From Chiloscyllium plagiosum (lineage: Eukaryota): DNA of 64,000 nucleotides. Location of the stretch: assembly GCF_004010195.1 (NCBI RefSeq), contig NC_057751.1, positions 18,801,543-18,865,542 of the forward strand, given 5' to 3'. This document shows positions 38,667 to 51,191 of the stretch, one piece after another. The position numbers and the translations under genes are program-made. The notes below the pieces were generated by a model, which worked only from the letters and a program-made list of their open reading frames with translations, was not told the origin of the DNA and searched no databases. Positions within the stretch are counted from its first letter, which is position 1; the number at the start of each line of letters is the position of its first letter.

Positions 38667-40770
38667 AACATAGAACATAGAACATTACAGCACAGTACAA
38701 GCCCTTCGGCCCTCGATGTTGCTTGCCCTGTCATACTAATCTGAGGCCCATCCCACCTACGTACTATGTACGTCCATATGCTTGTCCAATGACGACTCAA
38801 ATGCACTTAAACTTGGCGAATCTACTTCCATTGCAGGCAAAGCATTCCATACCCTTACTACTCTCTGAGTAAAGAAACTACCTCTGACATCTGTCTTATA
38901 CCTATCTCCACTTTCTGTAAAGTTTTGTTCCCTCGTGTTTACCGTCCCCATCCTTGGAAAAAGGCTCTCCCTGTCCACCCTATCTAACCCTCTGATTATC
39001 TTGTATGTCTCTATTAAGTCACCTCTCAACCTTCTTCTCTCTAACGAGAACAGCCTCAAGGCCCTCAGCCGTTCCTCGTAAGACATTCTTTCCATACCAG
39101 GCAACATCCTAGTAAATCACCTCTGCACTCTTTCCAAAGCTTCCACATCCTTCTTATAATGCGGTGACCACAACTGTACACAATACTCCAAGTGTGGCCA
39201 TACCAGAGCTTTGTACAGCTGCAGCATAACCACCTGGTTCCGGAACTCAATTCCTCTATTAATAAAGGCTAAAACACTGTATGCCTTCTTAACAACTTTC
39301 AGGGATCTGTGTACGTGGACACCGAGTGCTCATCCGCACTCTCAAGAATTAGCCCAGTAATTTGCATTCCGATTACTCCGCCCAAAGTGTATCACCTCAC
39401 ATTTGTCCGCATTAAACTCTATTTGCCACCTCTCAGCCCAGCTCTGCATCCTATCTCTGTCTCTCTGCAACCTACTACATCCTTCGTCACTATCCACAAC
39501 TCCACCGACCTTAGTGTCGTCCGCAAATTTACTAACCCACCCATCTAAGCCCTCATCCAGGTCATTTATAAAAATGACGAACAGCAGTGGACCCAACACC
39601 GACCCTTGCGGTAAGCCGCTAGTAACTGGACACCAAGATGAACATGTTCCATCAACTACAACTCTTTGTTTTCTTTCAGCAAGCCAATTACTGATCCAAA
39701 CTGCTATGTTTCCCACAATCCCATTATTCCACATTTTGTATAATAGCCTAGTGTGGGGAACCTTATCGAACGCCTTGCTCAAATCCATATACACCACATC
39801 AACCGGTTTACTCTCATCGACCTGTTTGGTCACTTTGTCAAAAAACTCAATAATAATCGTTAGGCACGACCTACCCTTCACAAAACCGTGCTGAATGTCC
39901 CTGAACAGATTATTTTTTCTATATGGTTATAAATCCTATCTCTTATAATCTTTTCCAACACTTTACCAACAACTGAAGTGAGACTCACTGGTCTGTAATT
40001 ACCAGCGTTGTCTCTACTGCCCTTTTTGAACAGGGGAATCACATTTGCTATCCTCCAGTCCTCAGGCACTATTCCTGTAGACAATGATGATTTGAAGATC
40101 AATGCCAAAGGCTCGGCAATGTCTTTCCTTGCTTCCCAGAGGATCCTAGGATAGATTCCATCCCGCCCAGGGGACTTGTCTATTTTCACACTCTGCAGTA
40201 TTTCTAATACCTCTTCCATGTGAACCTCAATCTCTTCTAGTCTAGATGCAAGTAGCTCTGTATCTTCCTCGCCAATATTTTCATTTTCTATAGTGAACAC
40301 TGCCGAAAAATATTTATTTAGTGCTTCCCCCATCTCCTCTGACTCCACACACAACTTCCCACTCTTATCCTTGATTGTCCGAATTTAACTCTCGTCATTC
40401 TTTTATTCCTAATATACCTATGGAAAACACTAGGGTTAACCCTGATCCCATCCGCCAACAACTTCTCATATCTCCTCCTGGATCTTCTGAGCTCTCTTTT
40501 TAGGTTTTTCCTGACGTCCTTGTAACCCTCAAGCGCCTTAACTGAGTTTTCACATTTTGTCTGAACATAAGCCTCCTTCTTCTTTTTGACCAGGGACTCT
40601 ACGTCCTTAGTAAACCACGGCTCACGCGTTCTATATCTTCCTCCCTGCCTGACAGGTACATGCTTATCTAGGACACACAGGAGCTTTTCCTTGAATAATC
40701 TCCACATTTTAATGTGCTCATCCCCTACAGTTTCCTACCCCATTCTACGCTTCCTAAATCTTTCCTAACC
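38667..40770 (-). mobile_element. Relatively young 5'-truncated CR1 LINE ORF2 (frameshifted)
   Basis: Consecutive minus-strand ORFs 40318-40707, 39878-40354 (KSPGRDGIYPR..NYRPVSLTS), 39342-39881 (GLPQGSVLGPLLF..SKFADDTK) and 38757-39107; agaacat tail. Confidence 0.95.
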
Positions 40771-41930
40771 TTGTTCACTTTTCGTAAAATCCCCAAAGTC
40801 ACTTTTTCAAGCTCTAGAAAACTTTTTGTAACTAAGATTCATTACTACCCCAAGCGCTATTTAAAAACAATCGAATTCAGCAAACGAAACAAAAGACACT
40901 CAGACCGACCATTCGCTGCTGTTGAGTCCAGAGGACCAATCCCAAATTGGAACGAGAGTACAAATCCCTCAAAGAACCCACAATCTGCTGTGGACTAGGC
41001 CAGATACGCTTAAATCATTTCAGGAAGGTAACTCAGACACTAACTTTTGAAGCTCTTTTAAGCAGGTGTATAGTGGATATTCCAACCATGATGCAGCTGT
41101 CCAAACCACTCAATTTTAACCAAAACAGACTTTATTTACAAACAAACAAAACAAAACCGAATTTAAAATCACCTTACCTAACTGAAAATCCAATTGACTC
41201 TGTTGTCAAATAATGATTTGTTCGAAATAATTGGAACATTCCCAACAACATCTCCTTGGCAAAAATAGAAATAAAAACAAACATATTTTCTTACAGGAAA
41301 GATGTCAGAGCGAGAAGAGAGGAATCAGCGCAGAGCTGTTCCTTTGGCCAGCAGCCTCAGAAATGATTGCTTGCTAAAACCAAACCAACTCAGATTTCTC
41401 CAGTTTCCGCATCTCCCCTCCCCCCACCTTGTCTCAGCCAAATCCCTCGAACTGAGCACCGCCTTCCTAACCTGAAATCTTCTTCCTGACCTCTCCGCCC
41501 CCACCTCACTTCGGCCTATCACCGTCACCCTGACCTCCTTCCACCTATCGCATTTCCAACGCCCGTCCCTCAAGTCCCTCCTCCCTACCTTTTATCATAG
41601 CCTGCTGGACACACTTTCCTCATTCCTGAAGAAGGGCTCATGCCCGAAACGTCGACTCTCCTGCTCCTCGGATGCTGCCTGACCTGCTGCGCTTTTCCAG
41701 CAACACATTTTCAGCTCTGAACTCCAGCATCTGCAGTCCTCACTTTCTCCTCAAAACCAAACCAAACCAAACCATGAACTGGGAGAATTGCCCACTCTCC
41801 TTTCATTGTACAGGTTTATTTTGCGAAAGTGTTTCATCAAAGAGAGAAATTCAGACATATCAGAACCTCTGTTTTTACGACTTTTTTGAAAAAAAAGACA
41901 ACAAACCTTGTTAAAGGGGCAACATCATGT
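40770..41930 (-). mobile_element. Gypsy-type LTR (~40985-41930) with adjacent leader
   Basis: Collinear similarity to 20290-21005, which abuts Gmr1-like gag. Confidence 0.6.
41389..41750 (+). mobile_element. PLE-derived repeat with intact minimal hammerhead motif, inserted in the LTR
   Basis: CTGAAGA-agggctcatgccc-GAAAC-GTC at 41626-41653; flanked by aaaaccaaaccaa on both sides. Confidence 0.75.
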
Positions 41931-42029
41931 GTATGGCGTGTCAGAGTATTATCAGGCTCCTTCCAGTTTTATATCTGGTTTGCAATGTGGTGGAATTGCA
42001 ATGTACCATGTATGATATCTTGATTTGAT

Positions 42030-43720
42030 TTGATTAATGGAGTCATATAGCACGGAAAAGACTCCCGTCGGTACAACCATTCCATTCTGAACTATATCCT
42101 AAACTAATCGGGACCCATCTTCTTGGGACTGTCCCAGTCCCTGACTCTTTTATATCCTTGTTCCTAGTCCAATGTATTTTAAACCTTGTAACTTTTGATC
42201 CAGCCTCTGTGAAAACCTTTGCCCCTCATATCCTTTTTTCCAAAAATCTCTCCCCTCTCACGTTAATGATGGTTTCCTTCGTCTTGATATCCCCATTCTA
42301 TGAAAAGGACAACTATAATTAACTCTGTGCATATCTCTCATTATTTTATAATTGTGTATCTGGTTGGTTGTCCACCTCCTATGCTCTAATGAAAACGTCC
42401 AAGTCGATGCAGCCTTCCTTTATATTTCAAACATTCCCTACCTAGCAACATCGTGGTAAATCTCTTTTGAACCCTCTCAAGCTTAACGATATCCTTCCTG
42501 TAACTGGGCGACCAGAACACGACACGGCTTTCCAGAAGTCCTGCATAAGCTCAACATCAGTTCTCAACTCCTGTACTCCTAGGGCTGATTAATGAAGGCA
42601 ATGTGCCAAACGCCTTTTTAAACACCCTGTCTGGATGTGACAGAAACGTGAAAGAATTATGTACCTGCGCCCCAAATCTTTCTGTTTTCCCACACGACTG
42701 AAGACCCTACCATTAATTTAATCAGCGCTACCACTTTTTGTTGCACCAAAACGGAATATCTCACATTTAACCAGATTGATTTGATCTGCCATTTACCGCC
42801 CATTGACCGATATGATCAAGGTCTCTTTGTAATTTGAGAAAATGTTCCACAGACTCTATGCCACCAATTGTGTTGTCATCTGCAAACGTACTTACCATGC
42901 GTTTTATATGCTCATCAAAATCATTTATATAAATGACAAATAAGACACGGCCCAGAACTAATTGCTGCAGAACACTGCTGTTGGCAGGCCTATTGCCGAA
43001 AATTAATCTTCCACTACGACTGTATCGCCTGCCATTAGCCTAATTATGTATCCAATTGGCAAGCTCATCCTGAATTAGATGAGAACAAATTTTGCTAAAT
43101 AATCTACCAAGCAGAATCGTGTAGAAGGCTTTGCTAAAGTACAAATAAACAAGGTCTACTGTTGTGCTTTCATTTATTTATTCAGTAAATTCCTTAACAA
43201 AACTCAATCAAGTTTGTGATGCACAAGTTGCGTCACACAAAATCATGTTGACTATCCATAATCAAGTTTGTCTATCCTAATCAACAATTTACCCAAAACT
43301 GAAATTAAGTTCACAAGTCTACATAAAAGGAAATTAATGCGGATGCTGGAATCTGAAACCAAAAGAGAAAATGCTGGAAAATCTCAACAGGTCTGACAGC
43401 ATCTGTAATGAGAGAAGGACAAAGGGTCAGTTAGACTCGAAACGACAGCTCTTTTCTCTCCTTAGAGATGCTGCCAGATCTGCTGAGATTTTTCAGCACT
43501 TTCTTTTTTGGTTTCACAAGTCTATACATCCCCGGGTTCTCACAGAGGTACAACCTTCGCCACCCTCCAGTCATTAGGCATCACATTTACTTACAGTTGA
43601 CGCACATGTTTCTCCAAGGGGTCTCGCAATTTCCTCCCTTACTTCCTGCAACTTCCTCCAATACATTAGATTCGGACATATATCAGCCTTTAACAAGATA
43701 CAGTGAAAAGTATTGTGTTG
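42030..43720 (-). mobile_element. Decayed CR1 LINE
   Basis: gtcatctgcaaac (FADD), aactcaatcaagtttgtga and the 3' tail region near 42045. Confidence 0.7.
43325..43512. mobile_element. Palindromic PLE-derived short element with target-site duplication
   Basis: Imperfect inverted arms (gaaaccaaaagagaaaatgctggaaaatctcaacaggtctgacagcatct / agatgctgccagatctgctgagatttttcagcactttcttttttggtttc). ttcacaagtcta lies on both sides, with a partial hammerhead gggtcagttagactcgaaacg in the loop. Confidence 0.7.
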
Positions 43721-43724
43721 CGTG

Positions 43725-46715
43725 CTAATCAGTATGTCAATAGCCCGAAGAGGGAAGGACAATATTGGACCTGGTACTGAGGAACGAGCCAAGACAGGTG
43801 GTAGAAGTTGCGGTGGGAGAGTTATTTGGATAACAGTGACCACAATTCTGCAAGTTTTAGAATACTCGTAGACAAAGAAGAGAGTGGTCCGAAGGGAAGA
43901 GTACTAAACTGGGCCAAGTCCAATTACATCAAAATTAGGCAGAAGTTGGGAAATTTGGATTGGACACAGCTATTTGAAGGGAAGACATTTGAGATGTGGA
44001 GGGTTTTCAAAGATAGGTTAAAGGTAGTGCAGGATAAGCATGTCCCGTTGAAGGCAAAGGACAGGCAGGGCAAGATTCGTGAACTGTGGATGACAGGAGA
44101 AATTGCAAAACTAGCCATGAGGAAAGGGGAAGCGTACATAAGGTCTAGGCAGCTAAGAACAGAACGGGCCCTGGCGGAATACCGAAAGAGTAGGACAAGT
44201 CTTAAATGAGGAACCAAGCGTGATAAAACGGGTCATGAAATAGCTTTAGCAAGCAAAATTAATGAGAATCCAAAAGCAATTTATTCTTATATAAGAAGCA
44301 AGGAATGGATTGGTCCACTAAAGGATAACGAAGGAAATCTTTGTGTCGAACCTGAGCGAATGGCTCTGGTTCTGAATGATTACTTTGCGTCAGTGTTCAC
44401 TGAGGAGAGGAACATGATGAATTTGAGATTAGAGATAAAAGTTTGATGTGTTAACCCAGAGTAGAGCTTCTGCCATTCATTCAGTTTGTGAAGCTTAACG
44501 CATTGAATGAAACAAACTGCATTCAATGCGATAAAATCGAGGCATTGACTGAATGAAATAATCTCTACTGATTGGACATGCAGTCTCTTTCGTTGAATTA
44601 ATGAGTGCAGTTTGATTCACTAAATAAATGAGTTAAGTCTGTTACGTTGAATTAATGATTCTAGTTTGATGCAATCATTGAATGAATGCAGTTTGTTTCA
44701 TTGACTGAATGAGAGAAACTCTACGCATTGGGTTTATGTGTGCAGTTTCATTGAATGAATGTGTGCTGTTTGTTTCATTGAATCAAACGTTGATCTCGTG
44801 GCACTGCATGTATGAGAGAAGCTCGACTCGTGGATTAACACGTGCAGTTTGTTTTATTAAATGAATGCGTTAATCTTGATATATTGAATGAATGGAAGAA
44901 GCTCTACTCATTCAATTAACACGTAAAATGTGTTTCATTGAATGAATGCCCAACACATACCCAACACATCAGGGAAGATGTGTTGGGTATGTTAGTGGTT
45001 ATTAAGGTGGAGAAATCTCCAGGACCGGGTGGGATCCATCCCAGGTTGCTGAGGGAGGCGAGAGAGGAAATAACTGGGGCCCTGGCTGATATCTTTGTAG
45101 ATTCCTTAAATACAGGTGAGGTGCTGGAGGACTGGAGGGTTACTCATGTTGTCCCCCTGTACAAGAGGTGCGAAAATTGCTGGAGAAGGTACTGAGATAC
45201 AGGATCTAATTATATTTAGAAAAGAATGGGCTTATCAGTGATAGGCAACATGGTTTTCTGCGGGGGCCCAAGCGCTATTTAAAAACAATCGAATTCAGCA
45301 AACGAAACAAAAGACACTCAGACCGACCATTCGCTGCTGTTGAGTCCAGAGGACCAATCCCAAATTGGAACGAGAGTACAAATCCCTCAAAGAACCCACA
45401 ATCTGCTGTGGACTAGGCCAGATACGCTTAAATCATTTCAGGAAGGTAACTCAGACACTAACTTTTGAAGCTCTTTTAAGCAGGTGTATAGTGGATATTC
45501 CAGCCATGATGCAGCTGTCCAAACCACTCAATTTTAACCAAAACAGATGTCATATCCATGGACTTTAGTAAGGCGTTCGATAAGACTAATGCAGACTAAT
45601 GGAGAAAGTGACGTCACATGATGTGAAGGGTGTTCCAGCCAGGTGGATAAAGAACTGGTTGAGCAACAGGAGACACAGAGTAGTAATTGAAGGGAGTTTC
45701 TCGACATGGAGTAAGGTGACCAGTGGTGCTCCACAGGGGTCAATGCTGGGGCCACTGTTGTTTGTAATACACATAAATGATCTGGAAGAGGACACTGTTG
45801 GTATGATCAGCAAGTTTTCACATGACTCAAAAATTGGTGGAGTAGCAGAAAGCATAAGGAACTGTCAGAGAGTACAGGAGGGTATCAATATATTGGAGAG
45901 GTGGGCAGAAAAGTGGCAGATGGTTTCCAATCCAAATAAAGGTGAGTTGATACATTTAGGCAAGACTAATTCCAGAGCGAATTATACAATAAATGGAAGA
46001 GCCTTGGGAAAAGTTGATGGGCAGAGAGATCTGGGAGTGCAGATCCATTGTCCCCTGAAGTTTGCTGCAGAGGTCAAGAGGGCTTGTCTTCATTGGACGA
46101 GATATTGAGTATAAGATCTGGCAAGTCATGCTAAAATTGTACAAGGCATTGGTTCGGCCGCATTTAGAATACTGTGTACAGTTCTAATAGCCACATTATC
46201 AAAAGGATATGGATGCTTTGGAGAGGGTGCAGAGAAAGATTACGAGGATGTTGTCTGGTATGGAACGTGCTAGCTATGAAGAGAGATTGAGTAAGTTAAG
46301 TTTATTTTCATTAGAAAAAAGGAAATTAAGGGGGCCCTGATTGAGGTTTACAAAATCATGAAGAGTACAGACAGGCTGGATGGAGACAATTTTTTTTTAC
46401 CAGAGTGAAGGATTCAATAACGAGAGGTCACTCTTTCAAGGTGTGAGGTGCAAAGTTTTAGGGAGATTTACGTGGCAAGTGCTTCGCACAGGGGGTGGTG
46501 GTCGTTTGGAACGCGTGGACAGCAGGGGTGGTTGAGGCAGGCACGGTAGATTAATTTAAGATGCGGCTGGACAGATGCATGAGTAGGTGGGTAGCAGAAG
46601 CTTACAGATGCTTAGGAATTGGGCGACAGGTTTAGACCGTTGATTTGGATCGGTACAGGCTTGGAAGGCCGAAGGGACTGTTTCTGAGCTGTAAATTTTC
46701 TTTGTTCCTTGTTCT
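43725..46715 (+). mobile_element. Decayed CR1 LINE ORF2 with two foreign inserts
   Basis: SDHNSASF (end of EN), KSPGPGGIHPRLL, GAPQGSMLGPLLF and a 3' UTR like that at 13800-13925. Inserts at ~44447-44970 and 45267-45547. Confidence 0.9.
44447..44970. repeat. AT-rich satellite-like insert with inverted left end
   Basis: Recurrent tgaatgaatg, tgcagtttgtttcattga and gagaagctctac motifs. 44447-44482 is the approximate reverse complement of 44885-44920. Confidence 0.7.
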
Positions 46716-48261
46716 TTATACCTTATATAATGCATCAGGTTAATAGAAAACCATGCAGGATATGGTGTAACAACCACAGAGAAAATGCAGAAAAGAATAA
46801 TCTCATATGTAGGAATTTTTCATCCATGTGTCACATATCAGCAGGGAAGAAGCTGCTCTTAACAATTGTGGCAGGTGTTATAAACTGTTGTATCCTCTGC
46901 CTGGTTTTATGTGTTTGCCAGACAGCTGCTTTTATAATGATGCCAAAAATGTGGGTTTTATTCCTGGACCAGCGAAATATCTTTAGAAGGATGCCAGTCA
47001 TCAATTTCTCGAATCAGCTGAGTTATGGTGATCCTTGGGTTAAAACTACAGTGTTCGGTCAAAGAGCAATCCAATAGTCTGATAGGACTGCGATGACTCT
47101 ATATGTTGTCTCTCGGTTATGCTTGTATTGGCTAATGACCATTTTGTTTCGGTTGTCTGATGCATTATGCACCTCTTACCAATTCCAGTAATGTGACATC
47201 TGAATCCACGATGTTCTTGCATCGCATCCAATCTGTATGTCCATTTTTTCCGGATGGCACCCCTTAATAAGCTGTAGAAATAATTGGTAATGCTCAAGGA
47301 GCATTTTTGTTTCTCTTTAGGAATAACATGCAATCCACTAAAATCTTTTTAACCAGTTCCTCCAATATTGACAGAGGAGTCAAAGAACTAGATTTAATTG
47401 ATAATTGTTTCTCATGATTTGTTTGACATCTTTGACAAAAACAAAACGCTTATCTCTCGAGGATTATGCTTTTGAATTTTCAATTATCATATTGCTTCTG
47501 ATAGCCTACCCACGCTGTCAAAAACTCAAGTCTTTTGATTTTGATTACACAGAAACACACATAAATAAAGACAAAACACTTCGTAATTAAACCTCAATGC
47601 AAAACAAAAACACAAGGGATGGTTAGAGTAGCATTATTTTTATGTTTTTTTTAAATGACTCTAAGCTTGATCGCTGAGTGATGAGTAGAATGCAACAAGC
47701 ATTTGAAATATTGCAATGAGCAGAAGACGGTTAGGTGTCAATATGCAAAATTGTAACGATTGGCTGCATCTGAAAATGTCCATACAGTAACAGTAATTAT
47801 AAGGGAAAAAAAACTTCATGTTCTCAATTAGGCTTTTTTTTTATCCAGAAATGGAGTTCATTGTCTGTAATATTTACTGTAAACTGCAAGCTGATCAACG
47901 ACAAACAGTTCGTGATGATAAGTTCATTGTTTGTGCTCACACAAATGCTAGTTATATTAATAAGGTATGTTCTATGTAATTACCTGATGTGGATTCATCG
48001 CCTGCCAACTTATGTTCCAATATTAATGCTGAAGTTGATCACGTTACTTATTTAATTCCCGAATGTGATGAGTACTACTTGGAACAAAATCGGACTTGTA
48101 CAATCAGGAAATAATGAGGAAAGCAATAACGATGTGACACAGTGTGCACGAAAAGGTAAGCATTTCTTAAATCTCAAAAAGAAGGCTTTTTAAAGATCAA
48201 GTGGCTCTGCACCTGAAATTTATCTTTTTTCAAACTTTTATTATGTTTATACTCCTACAAT

Positions 48262-49154
48262 TCATTTCAGAAGTAATCTGAAAGGAGCTTGTAACAGATT
48301 TTTCAGCTCTTCTCTGAATTTACTCTGTGTCGCTGCATAAATACATGGGTTTAGAAAACAACTCAACAACCTCAGAAAATCTGCAGTTTCAGTGGCGATA
48401 TATTTAGGGTCTGTAAGGTCACCTTGGTAATAAATGGTACTTGTCATTCTAGTAATCGTAAAACTGACGACAAATGTCAACCAAAGCAGTATAAAACTGA
48501 TGGATATGGAGAATAATAAAATTATGGACTTCCTTCGGCTCTCCAACTCTGAATCGCTGTGATTTTCACTCCTGCGATTTTTAAGTTCTGTTCGGGTGCG
48601 ATTTGACGCTATAATACGCTGGACAGTTAAAGAATTAAACAAGACAATATTCGTGAAAGGAAGCCAAACTACCCAGGCACTATGGAACCAGACAAAAGCT
48701 GTACCTATAGTTGAATAAAAAAAAGCCTCACTTGATCGGCAACCCCACGGCACATTGTTGATAATATGCTGAGGCTCATATGCAAACAACACAGGGATAT
48801 TTTTCAGCACAATGCCAATCGAGATGCTGGTTACAACAACAGTTGCAGTTCTTTGCGTGCAAAATTTTGTTTTAAATTTTTGGCAGCAGATGACTACATA
48901 TCGATCAAAGGTGAAGGAGACGATACTCCAAACAGATAAATCGAGAGCAACAACAATTATGTATATAATGACGGTACAAACAGGCGTGTAGGACAGGAAT
49001 AGAAGAGGAAAGTGGTAACTCAAAATGTAATACAATATTACATAGCTGCTTAGGACAAGAAGATCGGCTATTGCCATGGTGACCATATATACAGTGATAC
49101 ACCTAGAGAGGCCACAGTTTCGTCGCAAGAGAATTGCAAATGACATCAAGTTTG
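48262..49154 (-). CDS. GPR139: GPR139/GPR142-like orphan class A GPCR, exon 2
   Basis: Acceptor tttttatcttacag|CAAAC. Open frame with seven-TM motifs: MAIADLLV (TM2), VWSIVSFTFDRYVVIC (DRY), SRRKSIILLF (TM6) and NPCIY (TM7); TGA at 48264-48262. The symbol names the family, not one-to-one orthology. Confidence 0.9.
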
Positions 49155-49571
49155 CTGTAAGATAAAAAGAGAGTGTGCAAGACAATGTATTAAAATTCCT
49201 GTATCTGACTGAAATATATGTGACAGTATCAGATGTTAACAAATGAAACGATATTATGTGATTGGCAATGTAGCATAGTTATCTATACATTTTGCTGTTC
49301 TGTTCAGTCTGCACTGAATTACAAGGCAGTCTGAAATTTCTCATGCATTTTTAAAATGAACTCTGAGTTATATACTAAGTAGATCAGAGAGATGCTTAGA
49401 TGAAGGAACAGTTGAAGCTTTGAAATAACAGTAGCTGGTGAGTTTCTTTCAGACCTATCTATTTTGAAGCATTGACTAATACCTTGGACGCATTGTACAT
49501 GACAAGAGATTTGACTTGAAGATTAAACATGCGAAACATCGAAGAACAGGAAACAATTCACACGGACTCAC

Positions 49572-49641
49572 CAGGAAGGGCAACAGCTGCAAGAATTGGG
49601 TAGTAAATCTCCTTCACCAAAATAATACTTGGTTTTACCAT
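49572..49641 (-). CDS. GPR139: GPR139/GPR142-like GPCR, exon 1 (MVKPSIILVKEIYYPILAAVALP)
   Basis: ATG at 49641, 70-nt exon and donor G|gtgagt. A phase-1 splice joins in frame to exon 2 (...LP-A-NLMSF) and completes TM1. Confidence 0.85.
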
Positions 49642-49756
49642 TTTGTTTTTTTCTATGTATGAGTTCTATGATTTCTGTAAGACTCTGCCGAGTGCACTCA
49701 AGAATAGTAAAAGTATCTCATATTTGTACAGGTGTGTAATCTCCCGGGAGGAATTT

Positions 49757-49763
49757 CTTTATA
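49757..49763 (-). promoter_or_regulatory. Candidate TATA box of the GPCR gene
   Basis: TATAAAG on the minus strand ~116 bp upstream of the ATG. Confidence 0.45.
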
Positions 49764-50318
49764 GGGGTGCTGATCAAAGCAATGTCCTCATGGTAGTTGT
49801 TTTACTCCCCAGATACATAAGGTAATTAAATGCAAAATGAAGCAAGTAACAAGTGAAAACCAGAAAATGGGACACCGCCTTATTTTATATCCCTTGAGAT
49901 GGGAGTTCTTTCCAAGGAGAATCAGGTGCGAATATCTGAAAATGTCCCACAAGTCAGAAATAACCTAAATGAAAATCCGTTCTCCTGTTCAAAACTTCTG
50001 CTTTTGTTATTCAAATCGAGCTAGTTAAACTAAAGTTAGACCTAAGTAGGTTTACCTTTTTTCGTCATACTTTTGGCATCTTTTGGTCATTTTTGAAATG
50101 TTTACTTATTACTATGCCTCAGGAACAGTATTTTTTATATCCCCAAAACGTCAATGCCCTTCCTTCACTTTGCAAATGTCAATGACGAGACGGATTTCAT
50201 GACCGAATAATATAAGGCACCATTAGATTTGTTCTTAAAATCACTGCAGGCATAACATCTTCTGATAAACATTCCACTGAGCTTTGCAGTACCAAGCTAA
50301 CTCGATTGTTTGATCGGG

Positions 50319-50580
50319 AGACTTGCAATGTTGGATGTGTTTGACGCACGTCTGAGGATTTGTTTATGTTCAGCAGTCTCACATGTTTTAACAAGTATTT
50401 TTTTATTTCCTATCTCTATTTTTTCCTCGTACATCAATGGTCAAACTTAAGACTTGCAATGTTGGATGTGTTTGACACACGTCTGAGGATTTGTTTATGT
50501 TCAGCAGTCTCACATGTTTTAACAATTATTTTTTATTTCCTATCTCTATTTTGTCCTCGTACATCAATGGTCAAACTTAA
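50319..50580. repeat. Tandem duplication, 131-bp unit x2
   Basis: agacttgcaatgttggatgtg...ggtcaaactta starts at 50319 and again at 50450 with about 3 substitutions. Confidence 0.92.
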
Positions 50581-51191
50581 CACAATTGCAATTGTTCTAA
50601 TATTCGGACATTTTGAAATCATCCTGATTAATGGATCAGTTGCAGAACTCTTTAAAATCTCTTCCGAGAAAGAATGATTCCTAGCTTTGTGAAATCACCA
50701 AATCATCGTGACAATGCAAAAGAGGTCTAGTCATCCCATGATTCACAAGCTCACTGGGAAAGTTTAGTTAATATAGCAATCCTTCCTCTTCACTATAACT
50801 TGGTAATTGTTTCTATTTAAATAATCATCTAATGCCCAGTTCAATCCTTCAGTTGATTTTCTCACTTCTATGTACAGTATTTAAATTCCAAATGACTCGC
50901 CCGTTAAAACATGCTTTCTCACTTCGCGTTTGTTTTTTTTTAAACCCTGTAGAACTATGCCCTCTGGTCCACGATCATTCTACCAGTTGGGACAGATCAC
51001 CATATTTAATGATCTGAGTCCCGAATGATGTCTTTAATGTCTGACAGCATTCATTCTGGCCTTCTCCTCTGCCTGAAAAGCATTCCTACTTTCTGTCTTG
51101 AGTAACTTGATGCAGCGGGACAGCACAGAATAATGCCAGGTTATTCATAAATAGAGAGATACATTTTGAATTTTGTACAGGTCTGGCAAGT

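Noticed and set aside
40947..41213. Duplicated small protein gene (ORFs 40947 and 45365)
   Set aside because: The identity comes from the recent 281-bp copy of LTR/leader sequence; the start is non-ATG and there are no coding features.
49155..49242. N-terminus of the 326-aa ORF
   Set aside because: Non-ATG start and no TM1-like sequence. It lies upstream of a clear splice acceptor, and an in-phase exon 1 exists.
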